The notes: a model not told the origin generated them from the sequence alone. Positions 25,428-38,244 are shown, counted from the stretch's first letter. The stretch: DNA of 64,000 bases from Carcharhinus amblyrhynchos (GCA_965287045.1 OZ336873.1:111910001-111974000), one strand, 5' to 3'. Translations and numbers: made by a program.

Positions 25428-25535
25428 GATGTACTTTTTTTTGATATTCACAATACCTTCACCAAATCCCCAAACAATAATATCCTAGATGGTCAATTGA
25501 CCGTAAAGTTAACTGGACCAGACATTGAATTACGT

Positions 25536-26260
25536 GGGGGAGAATGTTCACACTCCTTTTTGACAGGCAGGAAGGCCTGTGGAGGCGGAGAATCACACAG
25601 GAATCCTAAATGGTTTTTACACCAGTGGAATTTCCCATTGAGACTATCGCCACCCCTGCCAATGACATATTGAAGTTCCTGCCGTGAAAGATTGGGAACT
25701 CAATTAACATGTGTTTACATGTCATTAGCAGGTCTCCCCACTCTATCATTCACCCACAAAGGGGTTTCCTCCCTCCACACAGGCAGTACCCTGGCACTAT
25801 CCCCAGGTTAAGGTATGTCTGTGTGTGTGTGTGTGTGTCTGTGGATGGGAGGGAAACTTCCCTAGGTTGGTGGGTTATTGGGAGATCTTGAGTCCAAGGG
25901 TGGGGGGAGGAACGTGCTGGGGCAAGGATGTTGGGGGAGGGTCTGATGTCTGTGGTTGGGTGGGAGGGGGGGGAGCAAGGAATGTGAGCAGGAAATCTAC
26001 GGCTTTTTTAAAATTGTTTTCAGAATTGACTGCCCTTTGAAAATCTGTCAAGGGCTGAGGTTGCTGGCAAGCTGGGCTGATTCAAAGTTCGCCCCACCTG
26101 CAGGATGCCCCGATACCTGCCACCTAAATTCCTTTGACTGCTTGTCAAAAATATATCACAGGAAAATGCAGCAGTGTAGCCCACAGGCTACACACCACTT
26201 TTCCCACCTGAGTTGACAGATAGTCAAAAAAATCAGATAGTTGAAAAATGAGAAAATTCC
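25536..26260. mobile_element. Non-autonomous DNA transposon/MITE containing a (TG)n tract (about 25820-25838)
   Basis: Termini GGGGGAGAATGTTC / GAGAAAATTCC; interrupts colinear LINE B sequence. Confidence 0.55.
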
Positions 26261-27134
26261 ATGGAAGTGAAGCTTAGACATTGGGAATTTTATAATGAGT
26301 AATCATTTCCTGATTTCTCAAAGCCTATTCACCATCTACAAAGCACAAGTCAAGAGTGTGGGTGGAATATTTCCTATTTGTCTGGATGAAGATAGCTCCA
26401 AAAACACTCAAGAAGCTCAATACCGTCCAGGACAAAGAGGCCACTTGTTTGGCCACTGATCCACCACCTTAAACATTCACTCTTCTATCTTTGGCTCACT
26501 CACTGTGGAACTCAGTAACTCACCAGGGCAGTGCATACCAAATCTACAATCAGCTTCAGAATACAAAAACAAAATGCACAAGAGAACCATCGCCACCTAT
26601 GAATTCCCCTCCAAATTATTAACTTTCCTACCTTGGAAAAATATTTAATTCCCTTCACTCTTATTGGGTCAAAATTCTGGAACTCTATCTGATAGCACAT
26701 TGGGAATGGCTTATGGGAATACATGAACTACAGTAATTTAAGAAGATAGCTCATCACTCCTTTCTGGGCAATTATAGATGAGCAATGCATCCTGGCCTTA
26801 CCAGTTATTCATTGAATGAATAAAAAATGTATCCTCAGTCCCACCCAATCCCAGATTTAAGTATTTTCCAAATGCATTACTCAGTAATCTCTCAACATTG
26901 TGACTAAAGGTTGAGGCACTGCAGGAAACAATGCCATGTTTCCTGTCTATTATTTGGAATTTTTGAGCATTTTCCTTAATGTACTGGCATCCCAAATTGC
27001 TCAGTATTATCTGTTTCATTGAATATATATTTCATGATACAGAATTTTAAAAATTGAAAACTTCTTTAATTACAGCTTTCTGAACATTCTGTGGCAGATA
27101 TGCAAGAAAAATGATAGTTTAATAAGTTTAAATC

Positions 27135-27940
27135 TGGAACATAATCTGTAAAAGTGTGAGGTAATGCACTTTGGAAGAAGAAATGGAGGCATAGATTATT
27201 TTCTATTTGGGGAAATGCTTAGGAAATCAGAAATACAAAGGAATTTGAGAGTCCTTGTTCAAGATTCTCTTAAGGTTAACATGCAGTTTCAGTTGGCAGT
27301 TAGGAAGGCAATGCAATCTTAGCATTCATGTCAAGATGGCTAGAATACGAGAGCAGAGATACACCGTTGAGGCTGTATAAGATTCTGGTCAGACCCCATT
27401 TGGAATATTGTGAGCAGTTTTGGGCCCTGTATCTAAGGAAGGATGTGCTGGCCTTGGAAAGGGTCCAGAGGAGGTTCACAAGAATGATCCCTGGAATGAA
27501 GAGCTTGTCATATGAGGAATAATTGAGGACTCTGGGTATGTACTCGTTGGAGTTTAGAAGGATGAGGGGATCTTATTGAAACTTACAGGATGCTGCAAGG
27601 CTTGGATAGAGTGGACATGGAGAGGATGTTTCCACTAGTAGGAAAATCTAGAACCAGACGGCACAACTTCAGACTAAAGGGACGATCTTTCAAAACAGAG
27701 ATGACAAGGAAGCTCTTCAGCCAGATAATGGTGAATCTGTGGAACTCTTTGCCACAGAAGGCTGTGGGGGCCAGGTCATTGAGAGTCTTTAAGACAGAGA
27801 TAGATAGGTTCTTGATTAATAAGGGGATCGGGGTTATGGGAAAAAGGCAGGAGAATGGGAATGAGAATAAAATCAGCCAATGGTGCGGCAGACTCGATGG
27901 GCCGAGTGGCCTAATTGTGCTCCTATGTCTTATGGTCTAA
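27135..27940 (+). mobile_element. CR1 LINE 3' portion
   Basis: LYKILVRPHLEYCEQFWALYLRKDVLALERVQRRFTRMIPG; tail CCTATGTCTTATGGTCT. Confidence 0.93.
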
Positions 27941-28949
27941 ACTTTAAATTTAAATACTCAGTGAATAAATGTATTGGTTTGAGTTTGATGATTCCTTGAC
28001 CAATTTTTGATTGAAGATTGGGAATTATTCCGGTTAGCTTGGAAAGATACTTGGGTGTGACTTAATATTGACAAAAGTTTGGGGTATATTTTATGAGTTG
28101 CACTCAAGAAGGAAACCTAACGCCTACGATATTTAACTTAATGGGACATGACCTATTCTAATTAAGAATCATCAAGTTTTGAAACAAGAACTGAGAAATA
28201 AAATTTTCTTATTCTAATATTGATGCAATTGGGGATTGACTGCAATGCAACAGCTGAAAACAGATACAGTGCAGCATTTGTTCACCACCAAATTTGAAAA
28301 AAAAGTATGTGAAGTGTGTTTTTTTCTCACCATAAAGGATTGGAAGCAAGGGACTGTGATATATAGAGTGCCTCATCATACCCTCTGGCCAACGCAAAGA
28401 ATTTATTGTTCAACATGAGGTCTATTGAAAATACGATGCTATTTCCCCTTTGGCTATGGTTATATAAGTTAAAAAGAGGACATTCTCATCTCATGGTCTC
28501 TTTTATTTGAAAATAATAGTAGATGCAATGTATCATCATTGTTAATGTGAAGGCATCATAGAGTCAGCTTTCTATATTAAATGCAGCATATAAGCAAAGC
28601 CAAGGTCCCGGTGCTGTTGAAAACATTGGCAAATCCAAAAGAAGTAATACCAGGACAGTTGTTAAAAATCTTTTTAAATCTTTTAAAAAGATTTCATTGT
28701 CAATCTGTTAATGTTTATTTGGATTAAGCTGTCATCCTATAAACAGATCAATCCATTTTGCCATTTCTTGGTATTGCTTAACTTTAAAGAGTTTCAGGGC
28801 ATTAATTGGACATTTTGCCTTTCTGTTGACAATATATTGCTTTTGGTTCCAGGATTTCATGAGGTTTCTTTTCCTCTCTGACTAACACATTGGTCAAATT
28901 CCTTTGCTCATAAAGGGGAAAGCTGGTGACCCCTACATTAAATAACATG

Positions 28950-29310
28950 GAATTTTCAGCTCAGAAACCATGCCAATTGACCTAACAGATCAATGCTGCT
29001 ATTCCTCAGGGATCTCCTCTCACTTATTTCGTCGAATTCTATCTGCATATCATTCTACTCCTTACTCCTTTGATGCCCATTTAGTTTTCCCTTAAATACA
29101 TCTTGAGTTCTTACCACTCTCTGGCTAAAGAAACTTCTGCTGATCTCTCTACTGGATTGATCAATAATTATCTTATATTCATGACCCTGAGCTTTACTTT
29201 GTCCCACAAGGGAAATGTTTTTTTCAATTTCTACCCTATTGAACCTCTTCATAATTTAAAGATTCTATTAGGTAATCTCTCTATCCTCTCTTTACTGGTG
29301 AAAAGAACGC
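28950..29310 (-). mobile_element. Old CR1 3' fragment
   Basis: Minus ORF MKRFNRVEIEKNISLVGQSKAQGHEYKI..FFSQRVVR. Confidence 0.75.
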
Positions 29311-30116
29311 CTCATATTCACTTCAACAATTCTGCTAACACGGACCTGCAACATGTAACCAGGCGATTGAAGTGAAATACTTTAAACATACTTGACTGGA
29401 CTTGGCGGATGAATGCTTTAATATAATAATTAAAGTATGAAATGTTCAATCGCTTCTTTGTTCGAAGGAATCATTAAAATGTACGCTTGAACATCTTTAT
29501 ACAGGGCAAAGGGAACAAGGCAATAAACTTGTTAGGAATCCAGTTGCAGATGAAAGTGGCCTATAATGCTTCACTGCTGGCATTTTGTGAGCAACTTGAA
29601 GAGTTTGCACCATCAGTGGGAAGCCTTGATTGCCAGAAGAACAAATTGAAGTTTGGTGATATACTGTTCACTGTTAGAATTAAAGGTTGGAAAATCATGT
29701 GCTTTGAACATGAATGTCAATATTTGCTGCCTACAAGTAGACTTCCCATGATGTATGTAAAGTTAGAAACATTATCATATTTGTGTAGATTTTTACATTG
29801 AAAAAGAGCGTTGAAGAGCAACTACAGATCTTATATACTTGCAATGAAGGCTGTAACTCTCAAGGTGTTGTTCTGGATGTTGAGATTGAAACCTTCACCT
29901 GGAATGCTTCAGGGGGCAAGCTCTGATGGCATCGAACATGCCACTTTATCATAGTCATGTATCTGTATGAAATGAATTACATAGCATTTACAGCACAGAA
30001 AAGATCATTCAGGTCAAAAAATTAACAATACTTGAAGGAATAACAGAAGCTTCAGTCACGTGGTTTCCTTCAGGCTCAGGAGTCTCTAGCTGTCCAGGAG
30101 GCGAGGCTGGGTTTTT

Positions 30117-30387
30117 AAAAGTTCATTTATTAGTGTCACAAGTAGATTTACATTAAGACTGCAGTGAAGTTACTGTGAAAATCTCCTAGTCGCTATACTC
30201 TGTCACCTGTTTGGGTACACTGAGGGAGAATTTTAGAATGGCCAATGTACCTAACCAGCACATCTTTCAGGCTGTGGGAGGAAACCAGAGAGGACCCAGA
30301 GGAAATCCATGCAGACACAGAGAGAATGCACAGACTCCGCACAGTTACCCAAGCCGGGAATCGAAGCCAGGTGCCTGGCGCTGTGAG
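30117..30387 (-). mobile_element. HE1-like V-SINE, alternative tail
   Basis: TTTATTAGTGTCACAAGTAG..GAAGTTACTGTGAAAATCTCCTAGTCGC..GGGAATCGAAGCCAGG. Confidence 0.88.
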
Positions 30388-30650
30388 CCAGGCCATCTCT
30401 TCAGTCTATACCAGTATTGAAGTCTCACTTGACCCTGCTCCCACTTTACTTCATCAAATTCTATCCACGTTTCCTTAATATTCCTCTCTCCATCACTTAG
30501 CTTCCTCTTAAATATATCTATGCTATTCACCTCAACTACGCCATGTGGTAGCAAGTTCCACATTTTAATCACTTTCTTGGAAAGGATGTTTCTCTTGAAT
30601 TCCCTGTTGGATTTATTAATGATTATCTTATATTTATGACCCCTAAGCTT
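30388..30650 (-). mobile_element. Old CR1 3' fragment
   Basis: Minus ORF MIKMWNLLPHGVVEVNSIDIFKRKL. Confidence 0.75.
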
Positions 30651-31239
30651 TGAACCACATCATGTACCAGAGTAACAAGTGGATTCTCTCTGCAGTAATA
30701 AGTATTGCATCATTAAATTTATCTGAACTTTGAAAATTTCCAAATGTGTCCACCAAGATTTAAATATTTTTCAGCATTCCAGCTCCTTCACTACTTGTTT
30801 GCTTCAGTTTAAATTGGATGTTTCTTTGATACAGGGTTTAGATGAATAACACAAGAAGTACGAGGTTGAACATTGTGTCACTATTGCTGAAGGTATCTGC
30901 TGAAGAAGTGGGAAAGCAAAATTAATGGCAAAACTGTCCAGCCTAGGGGAATAGGAGAGCAAGCAGCGATACAAGAAAAGAGCAGAAAGGTTATTGGTAG
31001 CAACAGATTTGCTGGTTCATGTTGTTAGGAGATTTGCTGGGGTAATATGTGAAAAAATACTGACAGCAGTGATTTTGCTGCCAAGGATTAAGACTGGAAT
31101 ATTGAGAAGGGCCACACAAAGTGCAAGAGATGGGTCACTGGTTGTATTTGGCACACAAACAACGACAAAAAATATAGTCACTGGAGTTTATGTAGGTGAA
31201 TAGTTTCTAAAATAAGATCAACGATGTGATGTTGTGCTT

Positions 31240-32230
31240 TTCAAGCTTGTACCAGTCCTCTTAAAAATATTGCACTTGATAGAGTTTAAATGATAAATGA
31301 GTGACTGACAAAATGGTGACTTTCCAAAAATGTTGACTCATAAAAAAAACTGTTTTGACATTAAACCAGGGTATGAAAGGACTATGAAGTGTCTGTATCC
31401 ATAATTTCCTCCAAACAGGTGCTTCAGAGCCCAATTTCCTCTCTGGTTAAAATCAGAGAACCATACAATGCAGAAAGAAGCTATGCGATAGCCTCTAATA
31501 GAGATAAAAGATTTTTATAATGTGGAAAGAATTGAAAAAGCCTGGAATCATTCTTCTTAGAGCCAAGAAGTTTAAGGGAATTAATTGAGGTATTCAAAAT
31601 TATGTAGGGTTCTAATAGGACAAAACAAAACTTTAACTTGCCTTTTACAGATGTCAAGGGTGATATTTTTTGATGGATTAAAAGCAGATAATAGCGAATC
31701 AGCAGTCTATTTTGTATCTTGACCACTTTTCTTTTCATAAAGTTCTGCCAATTTGCTATCACCTTGTTTTCATCCCTCTGTAGAGTTAACATTACCCCAA
31801 TGAGCAGCCTGCTAAATATTTCCAACTATTTCTAGCTTTGTTTCAGAATTCCACCATTTGCATTGCTTTCGTTTTGTGTTTGATAGCTTCCATGGAAATC
31901 ACCATTCCTTTCTAACAATTGAATTAGTCCCCTTAGCCCACCAATCTTTCCTGGGAATACTGTATTTTGGTCATTTTAAGTGGATACCCAATTCCGTTTT
32001 AAATGTTCCTATAGATGCTGCTTCCTCAATCCTTTCAGGCTGCATTGAAAATTATCTTCTTCTCCTCTTTTTTTTTGACAGTTACCTTGAACTTGTATCC
32101 TTCATTTCCTGATTGTCTTCCCAATTTCTTCCTCTTTACTGTCTTAAAATCCTTCATTATTTTGAACACCTCTGTTAAATCTCTTAAACTCCTTGGTTTT
32201 AAGAATAATAATTCTGTATTTTCCTTTGTC
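31240..32230. mobile_element. Two highly decayed CR1 fragments in opposite orientation (about 31240-31650 +, about 31880-32230 -)
   Basis: TTAATTGAGGTATTCAAAATTATG on + and TTAACAGAGGTGTTCAAAATAATG on - both encode the CR1 'L(I/T)EVFKIM' motif. Confidence 0.55.
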
Positions 32231-32564
32231 CCTGTTGAAGACCATCACATGGTTTGCTTCTGTGTTGCGTGGCTCCCTATTTCTACCAGAGTGGAAATTG
32301 GGCTGAGTCCACCTGTTTTGGCTGTACAAGGTGTCCTTTTGGGTACCAAAATGTTGTCTGTGATGCACAACTACACTTTTGATGTGAATAGAGTGGATGC
32401 CACAATGATGTAAGGGTGCGCACATGCATTTGTTATCTTTTGAGAGCATGCAGAGCAGACAGATTATGATGTGAAAAAGCACGCATCATTTATCTGATGA
32501 AAACAGTGTCATTTTGGAGCTCTAGCTGTTATCCCACTGAACTGAACCCAACATTCCTGGGTGT

Positions 32565-32826
32565 TGGTTAGTACTGCTGCCTCACAGCTTTAGGGACCTG
32601 GGTTCAATTCTCGGCTTGGGTCACTGTCTGTGTGGAGTCTGCACATTCTGAGTAGGTTTCTTTTGGGTGCTCCAGTTTATTCCCACAGTCCAAAAGACAT
32701 GCTGGTTAGGTGAATTGGCCATGCTAAATTCTACCTCAGTGTACCTGAACAGGCAGTGTGGTGACTAGGGGATTTTCACAGTAACTTCACTAATGTAAGC
32801 CTACTTGTGACAATAAAACATAAAAC
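32565..32826 (+). mobile_element. HE1-like V-SINE, alternative tail
   Basis: GGTTAGTACTGCTGCCTCACAG..GACTAGGGGATTTTCACAGTAACTTC..CTACTTGTGACAATAAA. Confidence 0.88.
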
Positions 32827-33338
32827 AGTGCAAAGGATTCCCTACCAGTTATTCAAAGGGATTGTCGACAACTTACAAGTTGTGGGTTTACTCTTTTGGC
32901 TGTTGCTATGATTTTACATGTTCTTGTCACTTTCTATAGCTGCTTCAAGTTTCAAAATTCCTCAGGGAGTGATGTGGCAGGTGCTGAAGGAGATGCTGCT
33001 GACTTTGAGGATTCTGCACGAATCAGTTGCTCCAAGGCACAGGATGACTCCAGCAGGACTGGGAGAATATCCAAAGGTCATGCAGAGAAGGTCAAGCTGC
33101 TGGAAGAGGAGAGTGGCCACTGTGGGAAAAAGGACACTCAGCAGAAGGGTCATGACCACCAAGGTGCATGGGAGTAAGTTTCATCTTTGTATCTCAGTGA
33201 CAACCAAAGTGTGAGGCGTTTGGGCTGGGATTTTTTGGCCCCATTAGGATGGGACTCACAGCCACGAGAGATTTGGCATTGAGTCCATTGACTTCTGCCA
33301 GGACCAGAAGATCATGGCAGCAGACAGCATTGGAAGAT

Positions 33339-33655
33339 GATGGCACAGTGGCACAGTGGTTAGCACAGCTGCCTCACAGTGCCAGGGATCCAAATTCAAT
33401 TCACAGCTATGCGGAATCTGCACATTCTCCCTGTGTCTGAGTGGGTTTCCTCCGGGCACTCCAGTTTCCCCCCACAGTCCAAAAGATGCGCAGCTTAGGT
33501 GAATTAGCCATGCTAAGTTCTCCCTCAGTGTACCCGAACAGGCCGGAGTGAGGCGACTAGGGATTTTCACAGTAACTCCACTGCAGTGTTAATGTAAGCC
33601 TACTTGTGACATTAATAAATAAACTTTAAACTTTAAAACTTTGAAAAAACTTTAA
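33339..33655 (+). mobile_element. HE1-like V-SINE, alternative tail, full length (preceded by a small MITE at about 33222-33338)
   Basis: GGCACAGTGGCACAGTGGTTAGCAC..GTAACTCCACTGCAGTGTTAATGTAAGCCTACTTGTGACATTAATAAAT followed by (AAACTTT)n. Confidence 0.92.
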
Positions 33656-33966
33656 ATCTGTCACTGCTAGAAGCAACAGCTACAAATTCAGAACTGAAAA
33701 AGGATCACATTGCTAGTGCGCATGAAGGTGACCATGGCAATGTACTCATACACATCAGGCTCATGTCAGGTTGGTGCAGGAACTACCGTCAACATTTGTT
33801 TGCAGTGCAATTTGCCATAAGGGGGATTAAAAAAAAACTTTATTTCATTCCGCCTTTCCAGAGGGAAGAAAGCAGAGGGAGCACAGGGTTTGTGAGGATT
33901 TCAGGCAACCACATGATGCAGGGTGCCAGTGATTGCTTTGTGGGTGCTGCATGTTGACTCTGTCAT

Positions 33967-34804
33967 GGAAATGGCAAATGGAATTTAATGTTGGCAAGTG
34001 TGAGGTGGTCCACTTTGGTAGGAAGAATGGTACGAAGGACTATTACTTACGTGGCGAAAAACTGCAGCAGGCGACGGTGCAGAGGGACCTCGGGGTCCTT
34101 GTGCATGAGTCGCAAAAACCCAGCTTGCAGGTGCAGCAGGTGGTCAGGAAGGCTAATGGGATGCTGGCCTTCATAGCGAGGGGGATTGAATATAAAAGTA
34201 GGGAGGTCTTGCTGCAGCTGTATAGGGCATTGGTGAGGCCGCAGCTGGAGTACTGTGTGCAGTTTTGGGCGCCGCACCTGCGCAAGGATATTTTGGCCCT
34301 GGAGGGAGTGCAGAGGAGGTTTACTAGGCTGATACCGGAGTTGAGGGGATTGAGCTATGAGGAGAGGCTGAATAAACTAGGCTTGTACTCGTTAGAGTTT
34401 AGAAGAATGAGGGGAGATCTCATTGAGACGTATAAGATGATGAATGGGATGGATAGGATAGAGGTGGAGAGACTCTTCCCGCTCAAAAAAGACAGTAGGA
34501 CTAGGGGGCACAGCCTCAAGATAAAGGGGAGGCGGTTTTGAACGGAGTTGAGGAGGAACTTCTTCACTCAAAGGGTGGTGAATCTCTGGAATTCTCTGCC
34601 CGTTGAAGTGGTGGAGGCTGCTTCGCTAAATATTTTTAAGAAGCGGGTTGATGGGTTCTTGATAAGAGAGGGGATTAAGGGTTATGGGGAGAGGGCGGGA
34701 AAGTGGAACTGAGCTACGACAGATCAGCCATGATCTTATTGAATGGCGGGGCAGGCTCGAAGGGCTAGATGGCCTACTCCTGCTCCTATTTCTTATGTTC
34801 TTAT
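33967..34804 (+). mobile_element. Young 5'-truncated CR1 LINE, same subfamily as 9737-11067
   Basis: Open frame KWQMEFNVGKCEVVHFG..GHSLKIKGRRF nearly identical to 10242-10805; tail TTCTTATGTTCTTAT. Confidence 0.97.
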
Positions 34805-35849
34805 AACCTAAAGAAAACCCATTCCCTCAAAATGCAGCTGGTGTGTGACCATGGGCATTGTTTGGCTTAATTCTCTGTATCCTGGCAGCTTTAGTTTTGC
34901 TGCAGACTGCTATGTCTCTGTATTTCAGCCTCCAGAACTGTCTTAAAACTGGCTGACGAGGACAAACCCCAGATAACCTGGCCCTAGATGCTGATTCATG
35001 AACACACAGGCGCAGCAGGCATACAATGAAAGCCATTCGACCACAAAAAAAATCTGGCAGAGCAAACCACTGGATAAAAAGGCACTGCAGCCTAGACAAG
35101 GCTAGTGCAGGTGCCAGTTCACTGGGGGTGATGGGGAATGAATGGGGTGGTGAGCTCTTTTGCAGAGGGACAGTTGATTTTATAGTAGTGTAGGATGGGC
35201 TGGCTAATAGGCAACACCAGGGACAGTGGATAAAAGCCACAATGGAGAAGTGGTAGGAGTGAGGACAGAAAGGCAGTCATCCTGATACAGCAAACAAGCA
35301 ATGTTCCATGGAGGCACTGCCACTCACCCCCCTCCTCCTTTCAGGCAGTGTAGAAACACTCCTAATAATCTGCTGGAGAACAGATTGCCAAACCCCTGTG
35401 AGAACTGGGAAAATGCCTTTGAATAGTGTTACCCAGAGCCACGATAACAGCGGTCTAAGGTTCCAGACAACAACCTGACTTTGGGCAGAAGCTGTTGGAG
35501 CTATATTGGAAACCGAGGCATCAGTCAACAGATGCTGCATCATGGTTGGTTCCACAAGCATGCTAATGGAATTGGACATCAGCTCCGCATTGAAAATGAC
35601 GGCTCCAAGCTCTGTGCTGGGTTCTGTGCCAAATTGATGTTGGGTTCCTCCATGCTCCTTGACATAGCACGCAGGCTTTCTGGCAGCCTTCCCAGTGCAG
35701 CAAGCATTTCACAGTGTATAGTTTTCAGCCTTTCTCTGTATGCTGCCAAAACAAAATCCTCATCTGAGTTCATGTGCAACATAACTTGGGTGCAACCTCA
35801 CCAGCCCCTTCACTCCCCTTCATCCCCAGTGGGCTGGCACATACACTAC

Positions 35850-36160
35850 GGCAGAACAATGGCTCTGTGGTTGATATTACTGCCTCACAGCACCAGGGAT
35901 CAGGGCTCGATTTCTGGCTTGGGTCACTGTCTGTGTGGAGTTTGCATGTTCTCACCACGTCTGCATGGGTTTCCTTCAGGTGTGCCAGTTTTCTCCCACA
36001 GTCCAAAGATGTGCAGGTTAGGTGCATTGGCCATGCTAAATTGTCCCTCAGTGTACCCGAACAACAGCCGAAGTGTGGCGACTAGGGGATTTTCACTGTA
36101 ACTTCACTGTAGTGTTAATTTAAGCTTACTTGTGACTAATAAGTAAACTTTAAACATTTA
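35850..36160 (+). mobile_element. HE1-like V-SINE, alternative tail
   Basis: Head, V-domain and GTGGCGACTAGGGGATTTTCACTGTAACTTC..TTGTGACTAATAAG. Confidence 0.88.
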
Positions 36161-37130
36161 AAACCTTTGTCCCAGCCACGATTTACTTGTGCAAAGTGCC
36201 TCGCTACATGCAAATCCCGCTTCTCTTCTATCTTCTAAGATCTGCCATTTTCTGAGCTGGTGATTGTGAGTCAGAAACTGAATGATGTGATTCTCCATCT
36301 CTGTTTTCTTGACTTCAGCTCTTGTTTGAATCGCAAAAAAGGACAGGGGGTAAATGTGACCAGGGAAAAGGAGAAGTCAAGGGGATGCTGACGTCAGCTA
36401 CAGCTTGTAAATCGGAAGAGAGTGTGACACGAGAGGAATTGGGATGACAGAAGGAGGATAAGGTATTAGGTTAATGGATTCAACCCCACCAATGATCATG
36501 ATCTCAACAACTGCCCTTCACCATTTGACTGTCACTGTCTCCACCTTGGGGATTAGAAAATGTAGGCATATTTCTGCTTAACTGGTTAGCTCCTGTTGCC
36601 TTGCAAGATAGAGGGGAGTGTATCAAAGATTCCCGTGCCATGTGTCTGCAATCTCCAGCAGCCTGACAACACTCTCAGATCTTTGCACTCCTCCAATTCT
36701 GCTCTACTGCACGTCTCCAATTTTAATTGCAAGTTAAAATTGAGGCCGGTAAAGCCTCTATAAAACAATTAAATGGACAAACCACCTCCTGGGAACCGTT
36801 TGCCTGCCCATCCATTGTCCCACTCTGTAAAACCCAAACTGAGTCAGACTGAGGGATGGGTGCTCAGATTTTTATAAATTTATTGTGTGCTAAACTTCAG
36901 CCCCTTTTTTCTGCAAAGTAAGAACGAGAACGATCAAAGGTCAGTATTGCACTGAAACCCAAACTGACGCAACAGGTAATAAGGGTTGTAGTGACAGCAA
37001 TATCATGACAATTTACCATTCACTGTAGCATTCACAAGTTTTTATTTGATTAGCAGTGGGGGTACCAGTCTGCAATGGAGGGACTTTGATTGCTAACTAG
37101 CGTAAAGGAGTTCTGCTTCTACTTTCCACT

Positions 37131-37461
37131 AGGTGAAGTGATTGCCCAGTGGTATTGCTCGACTATTGATCCAGAAGTTCAGCTAATGTTCTGGGGACCT
37201 GGGTTTGAATCTCACCATTTGAATTCAATTAAAAATATCTGGAAATAAAAACCTACTGGTGACCATGAAACCATTGTCAATTGTTGGAAAAACCCATCTG
37301 GTTCACCAATACCCTTTAAGGAAAGAAGTCTGCTGTCCTTAGCTAGTCTAGTCTACATGTGACTCCAGAGCCACAACAATGTGGTTGACTCTCAACAGCC
37401 CTCAGGCAATAAATACTGGCCAGCCAGCAATGCCAATTTCCCAACAAATGAATTAAAAAAA
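37131..37461 (+). mobile_element. SINE family B
   Basis: Colinear with 22511-22933 (GGGTTTGAATC, AAAACCCATCTGGTTCAC, GGCAATAAATACTGGCCAGCCAGC). Confidence 0.85.
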
Positions 37462-37942
37462 CTCAGATGGAAGGAGATGTTTGTCAGAGTGTGCTGCTAC
37501 TGATCAACCAGCAGAAGCTTGTTCCTCAGTTGTTCTCTGAAACCTCGAGCACATAGGAACAGGTTGCAGCTTTTAAATAATTGATCAAGATTCTTGATTT
37601 AGCCACTTTGATGAAACTTTTCATAACTAGGAGTGATTTTTTGATCAACTTTAAACGAACATAATGGTGGATGATATAGTTCCAACACATATCCACTGGG
37701 AACATAACCCTGAGGTACGGCATGCATCTGCGACCTTGAGAGCTGATTTGGCACATGGTCAGTTTATTTTATTGTTTCAATCATACTCCCAGAACTTAGT
37801 AACCAAGTGAAAAGCACCACAAGGGCCAGGAGCAAAAGGTTTGATGCCAGCAACAAAGGAATAGTTATTAATTGGCCGTATATTGTGACATTTTTCTCTT
37901 GATTTGATGCATTTGTTTTTGGAAGCTGAAGAATTTGGGACC

Positions 37943-38244
37943 AAAAGTTAAAGTTTATTTATTTATTTATTAGTCACAAGTAAGGCTTACATTAACATTG
38001 CAATGAAGTTACAGTGAAATTCCCCAAGTCGCCACACTCCAGTGCCTGATTGGATACAGTGAGGGAGAATTTAGCATGGCCAATGCATTTAACAAGCATG
38101 TCTTCAGCCTGTGGGAGGAAACTGGAGAGCACCCAGAGGAAACCCACGCAGATACGGGGAGAACGTGTAGACTCCACATTGACAGAGACCCAAGACAGTA
38201 ATTGAACTTGGGTCCCTGGCACTGTGAGGCACAGTGCTAACCAC
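37943..38244 (-). mobile_element. HE1-like V-SINE, alternative tail
   Basis: TTATTAGTCACAAGTAAGGCTTACATTAACATTGCAATGAAGTTAC..GGAAACCCACGCAGA..GTGCTAACCAC. Confidence 0.9.

Larger units (their letters stand above)
24470..26828 (+). mobile_element. LINE family B (CR1 clade), RT to 3' end, split by a SINE and a MITE
   Basis: HWLESYLAQWKMVVFVGSLSYQLQDITTGIPQDS; continues at 25430-25530 and 26295-26828, ending GGGCAATTATAGATGAGCAAT..GAATGAATAAAAAA. Confidence 0.8.
32900..36450. mobile_element. Fossil autonomous PIF/Harbinger: transposase (+, about 33156-35100) and convergent second ORF (-, about 35280-36330)
   Basis: Transposase pieces SLYLSDNQSVRRL, ITLLVRMKVTMAMYSYTSGSCQVGAG, GFVRISGNHMMQGASDC, HSLKMQLVCDH, YPGS, TQAQQAYNESHSTT..EQTTG lie in HARBI1 order. 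Minus ORF 35579-35782 (DEDF..AYRERL..EMLAALGRLPESLRAMSRSMEE) resembles the coiled-coil part of Harbinger ORF2. Confidence 0.8.

Noticed and set aside
29487-29801. 104-aa ORF in non-repeat sequence
   Set aside because: No ATG start, no convincing donor site, no recognisable domain.
35481-36101. 206-aa plus-strand ORF
   Set aside because: Chimera of the antisense Harbinger ORF2 remnant and a SINE.
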